In this document: positions 21,272-29,943 of the stretch, one piece after another | Layout: each line of letters starts with the position of its first letter | Position numbering within the stretch: the stretch's first letter is position 1 | Assembly (NCBI GenBank): GCA_964500975.1 | Contig: CAZCQW010000004.1 | Location: 9,816-73,815 of the forward strand | Length of the DNA stretch: 64,000 nucleotides | Source of the DNA: an uncultured Gammaproteobacteria bacterium | Lineage (GTDB): Bacteria > Patescibacteriota > Patescibacteriia > Patescibacteriales > UBA12465 | Reading direction: 5' to 3' | Program-made: the position numbers and the translations under genes | The notes under the pieces: model-generated | What the model saw: the letters and a program-made list of their open reading frames with translations, nothing else | The model's database searches: none | Told to the model about the DNA's origin: nothing

Positions 21272-22021
21272 ATGTTAGAGTGGAAATCACCAAAAGTTTT
21301 TATCATAATTCTTGCTATGATTCTTTTTTCAGGAATCGTTGGATTATCTATTGTTCGCGATAGACTTGTTAATCAACAATTTAAAACAGTAACCGTTAAT
21401 GGTCAGGGCAAGGTTTTATACGTTCCTGATTTAGCTATTGTTACCCTAGGTGTTCAAATCGATAAAGTCGCTAAGCCGGAAGAAGCTTTGGGTCAATTAA
21501 ATGGCAAGGTGACTGGAATTGTTAAGGTTTTAAAAGATCTTGGAATTCCTGAATCAGATATTCAGACTCAAAATTATTCACTTCTACCTCAATACGATAT
21601 CAATAAGGATGGCGTGTCGGCTGTTTCTGGCTATAATGCTAATCAACAGTTGGTTGTAAAGATTGTTGACTACGATAAAGATCCTGGTAAATTAGGTTCT
21701 GTTATCGCTTCGGCTTCTAAGGCTGGTGCAAATCAAATTAATAGTTTAAATTTTGATTCTTCAAAAATCAACGACTTAAAACAGCAAGCTAGAGTTTTAG
21801 CAATAAGCGATGCTAAAAATAAAAGTAACGCACTAGCAAGTTCTGCTGGAGTTGAATTGAAAGAGATTACGGGGTGGTATGAGAATCTTATTAGTCCAGT
21901 TCCTTACTATGGCGCCTATAATCAGGGCGGTATGGGTGGCGGTCAAATGTCTATTCCTGGCGTTCCAATTAGTAATCGTGAGGTAGTAATAGAGATAGGC
22001 GTAACATATAATATTAAATAA
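21272..22021 (+). CDS. SIMPL (DUF541) domain protein, second paralog
   Basis: VNGQGKV..VPDLA, DIQTQNYSL.PQY, GANQI. Confidence 0.9.
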   Translation: MLEWKSPKVFIIILAMILFSGIVGLSIVRDRLVNQQFKTVTVNGQGKVLYVPDLAIVTLGVQIDKVAKPEEALGQLNGKVTGIVKVLKDLGIPESDIQTQNYSLLPQYDINKDGVSAVSGYNANQQLVVKIVDYDKDPGKLGSVIASASKAGANQINSLNFDSSKINDLKQQARVLAISDAKNKSNALASSAGVELKEITGWYENLISPVPYYGAYNQGGMGGGQMSIPGVPISNREVVIEIGVTYNIK

Positions 22022-22026
22022 ATACT

Positions 22027-24495
22027 ATGAATGGGAATGGAAATTCTGATATTAGCCGTAATCCCTTAGTTGGCAAAACGGTTTTAATAGTTAATAGTAC
22101 TGGCGCGAGTGATCCACTGCACTCAAAAAAGCTCTTTATTAAAAAAGTGAAGAATTTGGGAGTGAAAATAATTATTTTAAGTAAGGAGGCGAGTAGTTTT
22201 CAGCCTTATGTTGATTATTCCGTTTCAGCTGACACCGCTAACTATCCCGAGGCGATGGGTGCGCTTGATAAGTTTTTGAGCAATAATCCCGGAATTAAGA
22301 TGTCGGGTGTAATTACTTTTTTAGAAGACGATGTTCTCCTTACCGCTAAAATAGCTGATAAATATCATTTAATTAATACTCCATATAAAGTCGCGGCTCA
22401 GATTAGAAATAAATTTTCTTTTCGTGAATTTTGTGCGGCCAATAACTTGCCAACTCTTAAGTTTAGAGCTTTAAAAAACCCTAAAGATTTAGAAGAAGTA
22501 GTTAAACTATTTAATTTCCCCTTAGTTGTTAAACCGGCCTATGGTGCGGCTAGTGCTTTTGTAGTTAAAGTAAATAACGAAGAAGAGCTTAGAGAAAGCT
22601 ATGATTATATTAAGAAGAATATTTCACCTAAAGTTGAATCCGCCCTTGCTGATGGATTAGAAGTTTTTGTTGAAGAATATATTGATGGTGATGAGGTTGA
22701 TTTAGATATCTTAGTTCAAAATGGAAAGATTAAATTTTGTGCAATTAGTGATAACGGTAAAACCAAAGAGCCTTTCTTTATTGAAACGACACGCATGACC
22801 CCGTCTAGTTTGCCGGAAAAGCATCAAGCTGCTTTAAGCGTTATGGCTGATGAAACTTTAGAGAAATTAGGTGTTTTAAATGGTTGTATTCACTTTGAAG
22901 CTAAGTTAGCAGCAAATGGTCCTATCCCTCTAGAGATTAATTTACGTCTGGGTGGGGATGAAGTTTATCCTAGCGTGAAAGCTGCTTGGCATGTTGATTT
23001 AGTTGAGAACATGGTTAAAATCGCCTGCGGAGTCTATATTCCTAAATTTGAATTTCCCGCTGGTCCTTATGAATACTTAGCAGCTGAAACATTCTCCTCT
23101 GATTATTCCGGTATTATTGTTAATCTTGATATTGATGAAGATTTAAAACGTCGCCCTTTTGTTAAAGAGTTTGAGTTTGAAAAGAAAATTGGTGACTCAG
23201 TTTTATGTCCACCAGATGGTTATGAGTATTTAGGCTGGGTATTAGTATCGGGAAATAATCCCCTTGATGCTCAGGACAATTTACGTGAAGCGGAAAAAGC
23301 AATTTATTACGAAGTGGCTAAATTTCATCCCGCTTCTTCAATTGGTAAAACAACTCGTCGTTCTCCATTTTCAGCTTCGGCAATTAATGTTGATATTTTA
23401 AAACGGCGTTCAAAGATTGAAAAAATTCGTCAAATGGCAATTTCTAACCAAAGAAATTTACATGTTGGTATTGCTTGTAATATGTACGAAGAATCGGGCG
23501 ATGATCAAGAAACGGTGGTTGAAAAGGATTTAACCGTTATTGGGGTTGATATTGAGAAAACTTTACGTGAACGCGGGTATAAAGTTAGCTTTTTTGATTT
23601 TAATGATGTTAGTAAAGCTTTTAATGATTTAAAAAATAGTGACGTTGATTTAGTTTTTAATGTTTGTGAACGTATTAATAACTCAAGTTTATTAGAGCCT
23701 CATGTCGCCTCTATTTTAGATACCTTACAGATTCCGTATACCGGCTCTAACCCTTTTACGCTTGGTTTATGCATTGATAAGATTCGGGTTAAAAAATTAT
23801 TAAGTTATCATAAAATACCGACCCCGGAATGGGATTATGTTTATTCTTTAGACGACGATATTCGCGATGATTTAAAATATCCTTTAATTGTTAAGCCAGC
23901 TAACACGGATAATTCTATTGGTATCACTAATGATTCTGTTGTTAGAAATAAAGAGGAATTGAATCGTCAATTAGAAGTAGTTTTAAAACAAATTGGTCGC
24001 CCAGCTTTAATTGAAGAATATATTGATGGTGATGAGTATGATGTGCCAATTATTGGTTCCGAAGAAGATGATTTACGTATTTTGCCACTCGCTCGTTCAA
24101 CTTTTGATAATTTACCGTCTAATTTGTGGCATATTTATCCTTTTGAGGCTAAATATACTGATGGCGGTGAATATAATAAAATTGTTGTTCAACGTCCGCC
24201 AAAAAATATTGGTAAAAAATTAGAACAACTTTTGGGAGAAATTGCGCTTGATACCTATAATATTTTAGATTGTCATGATTACGGTCGTATTGAAATTAGA
24301 GTAGATAAAAATAATAATCCTTACGTTTTAGAATTAAACCCGAATCCATCTCTTGATGCCGAGGGAACTTTTTCTGCTTCTGCTGAAGTTATCGGTATGG
24401 ATTACGGCGATTTCTTAGAAGAAATTATTCGCTTAGCAATTAAGCGTTATAAAGATAATCCTCCTTATTACCATCTCCAAGCTAACGTAATGTAA
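22027..24495 (+). CDS. Dual ATP-grasp protein: L-amino-acid-ligase-like N-half fused to D-Ala-D-Ala-ligase-like C-half
   Basis: Two sets of motifs: RNK..FR, FPLVVKP, VEEYIDG, LEINLRLGG; and IPYTGS, DKIRVK, YPLIVKP, IEEYIDG, YGRIEIR, LELNPNP. Confidence 0.88.
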   Translation: MNGNGNSDISRNPLVGKTVLIVNSTGASDPLHSKKLFIKKVKNLGVKIIILSKEASSFQPYVDYSVSADTANYPEAMGALDKFLSNNPGIKMSGVITFLEDDVLLTAKIADKYHLINTPYKVAAQIRNKFSFREFCAANNLPTLKFRALKNPKDLEEVVKLFNFPLVVKPAYGAASAFVVKVNNEEELRESYDYIKKNISPKVESALADGLEVFVEEYIDGDEVDLDILVQNGKIKFCAISDNGKTKEPFFIETTRMTPSSLPEKHQAALSVMADETLEKLGVLNGCIHFEAKLAANGPIPLEINLRLGGDEVYPSVKAAWHVDLVENMVKIACGVYIPKFEFPAGPYEYLAAETFSSDYSGIIVNLDIDEDLKRRPFVKEFEFEKKIGDSVLCPPDGYEYLGWVLVSGNNPLDAQDNLREAEKAIYYEVAKFHPASSIGKTTRRSPFSASAINVDILKRRSKIEKIRQMAISNQRNLHVGIACNMYEESGDDQETVVEKDLTVIGVDIEKTLRERGYKVSFFDFNDVSKAFNDLKNSDVDLVFNVCERINNSSLLEPHVASILDTLQIPYTGSNPFTLGLCIDKIRVKKLLSYHKIPTPEWDYVYSLDDDIRDDLKYPLIVKPANTDNSIGITNDSVVRNKEELNRQLEVVLKQIGRPALIEEYIDGDEYDVPIIGSEEDDLRILPLARSTFDNLPSNLWHIYPFEAKYTDGGEYNKIVVQRPPKNIGKKLEQLLGEIALDTYNILDCHDYGRIEIRVDKNNNPYVLELNPNPSLDAEGTFSASAEVIGMDYGDFLEEIIRLAIKRYKDNPPYYHLQANVM

Positions 24496-24498
24496 TTT

Positions 24499-25395
24499 AT
24501 GTTAAGTATTAGAGAGGTAAATGACTTAAAAAACGCCGAGAGTTTATGGCGTGCCTTGTCGCCAAGCAAAACCATTTTTGACGAATGGGATTTTCGTTAT
24601 TGTTTTTATAAATATGCACCACTACCACTAAAGTTTTTAGCCGCTTATGAGGGCGAAGAGTTGGTTGGTTTAATGCCACTACAGATTCATCCTAAACACG
24701 GCTTTGAATTTTTTGCCGAAGATCCTTGTGAAGAAAATCGGCCATTTATTAAAGATGGTTATGAGAAAATTATTCCCGATTTATATAAATCGATAACTGG
24801 GCCAGGGAAGGCTTATGATATTACCGGCGACGATGAGTTTACCACTAAGTTTGATTTAGAAGATTATAAGTATGTTTTACCTTTAAAAGATATAAAAAAA
24901 TTTGTCGATTTTCTTGAATCAAGATTAGATTCAAAAAGACGTCGAAGTTTGGCTAGGGAAATAGCTGTGGTTGAAGCTTATGGAGTTAAAGTTGAAATTG
25001 TTGTGCGTGAAGATTATTTAGATGTCCTTGAGTTACTATTCGGTTTTAATACTGGTAATTTTAAAGAAGAATCGTATTTATTGGAAAACGACAGAGCGCC
25101 GTGGCGAGATTTAATGTCTTTAGATTATTCTTGGCGAGTTATAGCCTTAAAAATAAAAGGTAAAATACAGGCGGTTTCTTTAAGTGTTTTGTATAATAAT
25201 GAATGGCATTATTTAATTACAGGTACGAGTTTTAAAGATTTTCCAGGTTTAGGGAAGTTGCTAGTTAAAATTAATATAGAACATGCAATTGAAAGTAAGG
25301 CTGAATTTTTTGACGCGGGTCTCGGTGATTGTGGCTGGAAACATCTTTGGCATTTTGATAAAATATCACAATACTTATTTATTAAAGAAGAATAA
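24499..25395 (+). CDS. GNAT-fold protein (Acetyltransf_6/CelD/FemAB-like)
   Basis: LVGLMPL N-domain, SKRRRSL.R, PGLGKLL, FFDAGLGDCGWK..W. Confidence 0.7.
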   Translation: MLSIREVNDLKNAESLWRALSPSKTIFDEWDFRYCFYKYAPLPLKFLAAYEGEELVGLMPLQIHPKHGFEFFAEDPCEENRPFIKDGYEKIIPDLYKSITGPGKAYDITGDDEFTTKFDLEDYKYVLPLKDIKKFVDFLESRLDSKRRRSLAREIAVVEAYGVKVEIVVREDYLDVLELLFGFNTGNFKEESYLLENDRAPWRDLMSLDYSWRVIALKIKGKIQAVSLSVLYNNEWHYLITGTSFKDFPGLGKLLVKINIEHAIESKAEFFDAGLGDCGWKHLWHFDKISQYLFIKEE

Positions 25396-25404
25396 ATTAA
25401 TCTT

Positions 25405-26148
25405 ATGTTTTTATTATCTCCTGATTATTACCAAATTAAATCCGTTCATAAAAAAGGCCGTGGCGTCTTTGCGAAAAAAGAAATTCCGGCCGGAACTATT
25501 CTTGGTGATTACGTTGGCCTTCTTGTTAAAGATGAAAAAATTGATGCTTTAGAAAAGAAGTATGGCGCATGTTATGCAATGGATTATTGTGATAATGGTT
25601 TATCAATTTTACCAGTTGATATTAAAGCGACTGGTATTCATTTAATTAATCATTCTTGTGCGCCTAATAGTGATACATATTATTACTTTGGTCATACATT
25701 ATTTTTTACTCTGCGTAAGATTTTAGTAGGCGAAGAAATTACCATTGATTATGGTTTTGATCCTGATAATGAGGGGCAAAGAGATTTGCTTCATACTTGT
25801 TTTTGTGGATCATTACTTTGTCGCGGCACAATGTATACAAGCGACGAACGTCTAAGACGTTATGGAAAATTCTGTCGCGCCCAAACCAAGAATCAAAAAT
25901 TTAAAATTTTAAGTGCTGGAGAAATTTTACCACCGCTTGAAAAATATCCTAAAGAAATAAAAGATAATAAGGTGTTTAATTTATTTGCAAATAATCATGT
26001 CGCTCCAGTCATTTTAGATGATAAAAAAATTTCTAGCGTCATAGAACTCCGAAAGAAAATCAGAGAAACGGGGAAGGCTTTAAAGTTTATAAATATAGGA
26101 TTAAAAGTTATTGCAATTGACGACGGTAGAATAATTGCCGATAAATAG
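25405..26148 (+). CDS. SET-domain methyltransferase with post-SET Zn motif and C-terminal extension
   Basis: KGRGVFA, INHSCAPN, GEEITIDYG, CFCGSLLCRG. Confidence 0.92.
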   Translation: MFLLSPDYYQIKSVHKKGRGVFAKKEIPAGTILGDYVGLLVKDEKIDALEKKYGACYAMDYCDNGLSILPVDIKATGIHLINHSCAPNSDTYYYFGHTLFFTLRKILVGEEITIDYGFDPDNEGQRDLLHTCFCGSLLCRGTMYTSDERLRRYGKFCRAQTKNQKFKILSAGEILPPLEKYPKEIKDNKVFNLFANNHVAPVILDDKKISSVIELRKKIRETGKALKFINIGLKVIAIDDGRIIADK

Positions 26149-26177
26149 TTGCCCTGTGCAAAAAACCCCTTGTATTA

Positions 26178-26206
26178 TTGGCATTATATTTTAGGTGTGC
26201 TATAAT
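26178..26206 (+). promoter_or_regulatory. sigma70-type promoter of HU gene
   Basis: TTGGCA-17-TATAAT with extended TG. Confidence 0.65.
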
Positions 26207-26382
26207 ATCCTTATAAACATTGAAGTTTAAAAAACGACCTGTTGAAAACCCCGATAAATACAGCTTGAATTTCAACGGTCCATTAAGAAATTGTTAATTA
26301 ATTTTAATAACAATCATTTATAAATGGACACCTAGTATTAATTTCTTTATGAGATTATTGCTGGGAGCCCCATGCAAAAATT

Positions 26383-26664
26383 ATGTCAAAAATGACTAAA
26401 TCACAAATGATTGCTAATTTATCCGAAGCAACTGGTCTAAGCAAAAAAGACACAGCTGGATTCATGGAAAAGTTAGCAGACGTAGTTTACAAAGAAGTTA
26501 AAAAAGCTGGTGAATGTATCGTTCCTGGTTTTGGTAAATTAGTAAAGGTTAAGAGAAAGGCACGTGAAGGCAGAAATCCTGCAACAGGTGCAACTATCAA
26601 GATCCCAGCTAAGACGGTTGTAAAATTCCGTCTAGCCAAAGCTGTAAAAGATACAGTTCTATAG
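26383..26664 (+). CDS. hup: HU family DNA-binding protein
   Basis: MTKSQ, PGFGK, RKAREGRNPATG..IKIPAK. Confidence 0.95.
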   Translation: MSKMTKSQMIANLSEATGLSKKDTAGFMEKLADVVYKEVKKAGECIVPGFGKLVKVKRKAREGRNPATGATIKIPAKTVVKFRLAKAVKDTVL

Positions 26665-26702
26665 TATTTTGAATAGTTCGAAATTAGTTTCTCAAATATA
26701 AA

Positions 26703-26734
26703 GGCCATCCCGTCGGAATCCGGGATGGTTTTTT
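26703..26734 (+). terminator. Intrinsic terminator after HU
   Basis: ggccatcccg...cgggatggtttttt. Confidence 0.85.
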
Positions 26735-26740
26735 ATTTAC

Positions 26741-26782
26741 TTGACTCTAGGGTTATCTTTTGTTAAACTAAAGATAACCCTA
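26741..26782 (+). promoter_or_regulatory. TA promoter with perfect 13-bp inverted-repeat operator
   Basis: TTGACT-17-TAAACT; tagggttatcttt (26748-26760) / aaagataacccta (26770-26782). Confidence 0.75.
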
Positions 26783-26801
26783 AATATTAAATAATATACA
26801 T

Positions 26802-27026
26802 ATGGAAAACATAATTGCCTTGAAGGAGTTAAGACTTAATATGGAAAAATACGCCAATGAAGTTAAGAGTGGAAAGTCATTTATCGTTCTAAAACAGAGT
26901 AAGCCTATTTTTAAGTTAAGTCCGGTTGAAGAATCTGGTGAAGACGAGCGTTGGGAAGAGGTAGTAAACTTCACCAAGATTAAAAAAGGTGGAGTTGATA
27001 TTGATTCCTTATTGGCTTCTTTGTAA
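26802..27026 (+). CDS. Phd/YefM-family antitoxin
   Basis: IIALKELR.N...Y...V..G..FIV.K.SKP; upstream of RelE-like gene. Confidence 0.8.
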   Translation: MENIIALKELRLNMEKYANEVKSGKSFIVLKQSKPIFKLSPVEESGEDERWEEVVNFTKIKKGGVDIDSLLASL

Positions 27027-27034
27027 TTTTTGAT

Positions 27035-27280
27035 ATGGACAAAATTGCCAAGGCCTTACAAAGTCTATCAAGCAAAGAACGTGAACTTATTAAAACTATT
27101 CTTCTGAAAATAAAGAGTGGGTTTTTAGACGGACTTGATGTTAAAAAATTAAAAAACTGTGAAGATATATATAGGGCTAGAAAGGGAAAGTTGAGGATTA
27201 TTTTTAAGCGAACTGATGATAAAAATATTTATATCTTAGCGATTGAACGACGATCGGATAATACATACGGTAAATATTAA
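27035..27280 (+). CDS. RelE/ParE-family toxin
   Basis: Basic 81 aa, VKKLK...IYRARKGKLRIIF, IERRSD.TY. Confidence 0.8.
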   Translation: MDKIAKALQSLSSKERELIKTILLKIKSGFLDGLDVKKLKNCEDIYRARKGKLRIIFKRTDDKNIYILAIERRSDNTYGKY

Positions 27281-27287
27281 AACCCAC

Positions 27288-27320
27288 AAAAAAACTGACC
27301 CCCAATAGATCAGTTTTTTT
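27288..27320. terminator. Bidirectional terminator between toxin and HTH gene
   Basis: aaaaaaactga...tcagttttttt. Confidence 0.7.
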
Positions 27321-27364
27321 GATTAACACTTGCTTTCCACCTAGACCTTTTATTGTCTAAATTT

Positions 27365-27637
27365 CTATTTTAAATTTTTCCACTCACTAACATATTGACC
27401 CAAGCCAAATTCAGTAAATTTATTTTTTAACTTTGTATTTTTATTTAAAAAAATTAGAAGCGAGGAGAGTTCAATTTGGTATCTATTTTTTACGATCTTG
27501 TATTTAAGGTTTGGGTCTGACTTAATTGCTCTTCTAATCGTCTTACCTTGGACACCACCTAAATCGGCCGCTTCGGATACTGAAACCCAAATCGGATATT
27601 TAACTTCATTAACTTCAAAACTAAGGCGTTTTTCCAT
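27365..27637 (-). CDS. Small HTH DNA-binding protein (excisionase/MerR-like HTH)
   Basis: VSVSEAADLGGVQGKTIRRAIK...RYQI. Confidence 0.8.
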   Translation of the reverse strand: MEKRLSFEVNEVKYPIWVSVSEAADLGGVQGKTIRRAIKSDPNLKYKIVKNRYQIELSSLLIFLNKNTKLKNKFTEFGLGQYVSEWKNLK

Positions 27638-27646
27638 TTTTAAGTA

Positions 27647-27741
27647 TTTAAGTCCAAGCTAGTTTAGACTAAAGTCGGACTTTATTTCTTTTATTTTTAG
27701 GTATTTGTTTTTTAAGTCCATAACAAACTAGACTTAAGTCT
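27647..27741. promoter_or_regulatory. Duplicated 30-bp operator-like motif upstream of HTH gene
   Basis: TTTAAGTCCA-N8-TAGACT-W-AAGTC at 27647-27676 and 27711-27740. Confidence 0.65.
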
Positions 27742-28028
27742 TATTATTTTAATCTTTCTAAAATAAATGTCAAGCCTAAAAGGAGCTTGATGTTTATGAA
27801 TGTTTGAGCTCTTGCCCGTAGTCCCTTAGATTTTATTAAGTTATTCTGCGTACTAAATTTAGATATATTTCTAGAGAAATTTAGAATGAATTTTAGTCAA
27901 ATTTTATCTCTTTACAGTATTCTTTTTATGTCCTATTTTGGCTTATCAACAGTTGATTTATACTTAATCATATGATAAGCTAAAACAACCTAATCTCAGA
28001 AAATCTAAGCATGACATTATAAAAATAA

Positions 28029-28631
28029 ATGCCTAATACTTTGGTCGAAAAATTTAAGAATAAACAATCCATAAGCAGACTGAAAAGTCATGACAAAGAC
28101 GCTTTTGTAAAAGCTTATGATGAGAGTGTAAATGATATTTATCGCTTTGTTTATTTTAAGGTAGGGAACAAGGAGGAGGCTAATGATATTACCTCCATGG
28201 TTTTTTTGAAGACCTGGAATCATATTCAAAATAATAGTCTTGAGGATAGTAAAACTTTAAGAGCTTTGCTCTATAAAATAGCCCGTACAACTATTATTGA
28301 CCACTACCGCGAGACGGGAAATAAAATTAGTGTTTCACTTGATGATGAAGAAAATAAAATTGATGTGGTTGATGAGGTTCAAGACCCTCAAGATAGGATT
28401 GATCAAGCTGCTAATTTAGAACTTATTAAAAGTAAATTACCTTTACTTAAGGAAGAATATCGTGAGGTGATTATCATGAAGTTTATCAATGATTTAACAC
28501 TTGAAGAAATCTCGGATATTACCGGAAAGAAGAAGGGAAATATTAGAGTATTACTCCATCGTGCCTTAGGTGCTCTTAAGGAGCTAGTCGGCGAAGAAAA
28601 GGCTGAAAATGAGCCAAGCGCTAAACTGTAA
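28029..28631 (+). CDS. ECF sigma factor
   Basis: Region 2 (IYRFVYFKV..A.DI...F, LYKIAR..IIDHYR) and region 4 (EEISDI.GK..GNIRV..HRAL..LK). Confidence 0.93.
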   Translation: MPNTLVEKFKNKQSISRLKSHDKDAFVKAYDESVNDIYRFVYFKVGNKEEANDITSMVFLKTWNHIQNNSLEDSKTLRALLYKIARTTIIDHYRETGNKISVSLDDEENKIDVVDEVQDPQDRIDQAANLELIKSKLPLLKEEYREVIIMKFINDLTLEEISDITGKKKGNIRVLLHRALGALKELVGEEKAENEPSAKL

Positions 28632-28652
28632 CACTTTTCCTATTTATACGTA
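28627..28652 (+). promoter_or_regulatory. ECF-type promoter TGTAAC-N16-CGTA
   Basis: TGTAAC 28627-28632 overlapping the sigma stop codon, CGTA 28649-28652, ATG at 28664; matches SigX/SigW-type consensus. Confidence 0.7.
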
Positions 28653-28663
28653 TACTAAGGTGT

Positions 28664-29416
28664 ATGACCGATAAAGATTTAATCTCAAAATTAAATAGCC
28701 TAAAATCAATTAAACCCGATTCTACCTGGATGACCAGTAATCGGGATCTTTTGTTGTCCCAGATTTCTAATTCCGGAGCTCGCGATTTGAGTGCTTGGCA
28801 GCTTTTTGTTATTAACTTTAATAGCCTTGCTAAGGCAGTCGCTCAACCGGTTTATGCACTTGGCGCTTTTGTTTTAATTTTGATTTCTGGAAGTTTATTT
28901 AGTCATCAAGTTTTCAGTAGCGCTAAACCTAATGACTCTTTGTATATCGCGAGGATAATTTCTGAAAAGGCAAAATTAAATACAATGTTTAATTCTGACG
29001 AACGCAATAAGATGGCGGTTCAATTTGCAACCGAACATGCTCAAGATATTTCTAATGTTTTAGCTGACCCTAAATTTAATACTGAGGAGAATAAAGATCA
29101 GGTTGCAAAATTAAACGAAAGTTTTGATCAAGAAATTAAAACTGTAAAAAGTAAAATTAGCTATCTAATACCTAAAAGGGTTGTTAGTCCTGAACCAGAT
29201 AAATCTACTACTAGCGATGAGGTTATAATGGCGGGAAGTGAAAAGGCTACTAGCGGTGTTCAGGTTTTGGAAGTTGAAGTTGTTGCTGACGAAATTAAAA
29301 TTCCTGAAATAAAATCTGAAGAAACAATTATTAATGAAGCTAAAGTTTTGTTTGATAATAAAGACTACTCGAAGGCTTCTGATAAATTAAAGGAAGTTGA
29401 CGAGTTAATAAAATAG
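28664..29416 (+). CDS. Putative anti-sigma factor, DUF5667-like
   Basis: Short N-terminal domain, one TM, AKPNDSLY...SEK motif; directly after ECF sigma. Confidence 0.6.
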   Translation: MTDKDLISKLNSLKSIKPDSTWMTSNRDLLLSQISNSGARDLSAWQLFVINFNSLAKAVAQPVYALGAFVLILISGSLFSHQVFSSAKPNDSLYIARIISEKAKLNTMFNSDERNKMAVQFATEHAQDISNVLADPKFNTEENKDQVAKLNESFDQEIKTVKSKISYLIPKRVVSPEPDKSTTSDEVIMAGSEKATSGVQVLEVEVVADEIKIPEIKSEETIINEAKVLFDNKDYSKASDKLKEVDELIK

Positions 29417-29424
29417 TTAGTAAA

Positions 29425-29482
29425 TCCGCTAGAGGCGGACTTCGCTCGCCCGAGTCGGACTTCGTCCAACCGAGTCGGACTT
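29425..29482. repeat. Three degenerate copies of the CCGCC/GGCGG element at 20-nt period
   Basis: agaggcggacttcg / cgagtcggacttcg / cgagtcggacttag. Confidence 0.7.
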
Positions 29483-29493
29483 AGTAAGTGCAC

Positions 29494-29918
29494 GTTTGTT
29501 AGTTTATCTCCCCTTACGCTCACTCCTGCTTGGAAGATTATTTCATCCTTCATGGACAAGTTATGGAGATATGCTAACAAATCCGCATTTATGTGGATTG
29601 GTAAACCTGGTAAAGGCCGAGTCTCCTGATGGAGATGGTTTATCCTTAAAAAATCTTATTATTTCAATTCAAAGCGCGAACGATTTATCAATTTTAGAAT
29701 AAAATGTAAATCGGTTAAGCTTTTCTCCAGCATGCGGACAACACGCGCAGCTGGCAGAACTTATTACAAGATCAGTCAGGCGGCGCCTTAAGTCTAAAAC
29801 AGGCTGGCGGAGCGGGATTCCGACTGATTTACTAATAAAGTAAAAAAAGATATCTCTAGTAGAGTAGAGAATTGAACAATTCTTCTATCTTTACTGTTTA
29901 AACTACTATTGTTTAGAC
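29494..29918 (+). ncRNA. Candidate long structured RNA leader of the S-layer-like gene
   Basis: About eight consecutive stems seen by eye (see findings); no family recognised. Confidence 0.45.
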
Positions 29919-29943
29919 GTGAAGAAAGAAATTAAAAATTATT

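Noticed and set aside
29431-29490. 20-nt periodic repeats as a mini CRISPR array
   Set aside because: Period far too short, no unique spacers of CRISPR length, no cas genes; they are degenerate copies of the CCGCC/GGCGG element
29365-29702. Short ORFs (71 aa minus, 68 aa plus) in the S-layer leader
   Set aside because: No protein-like features or typical start context; region better explained as structured RNA
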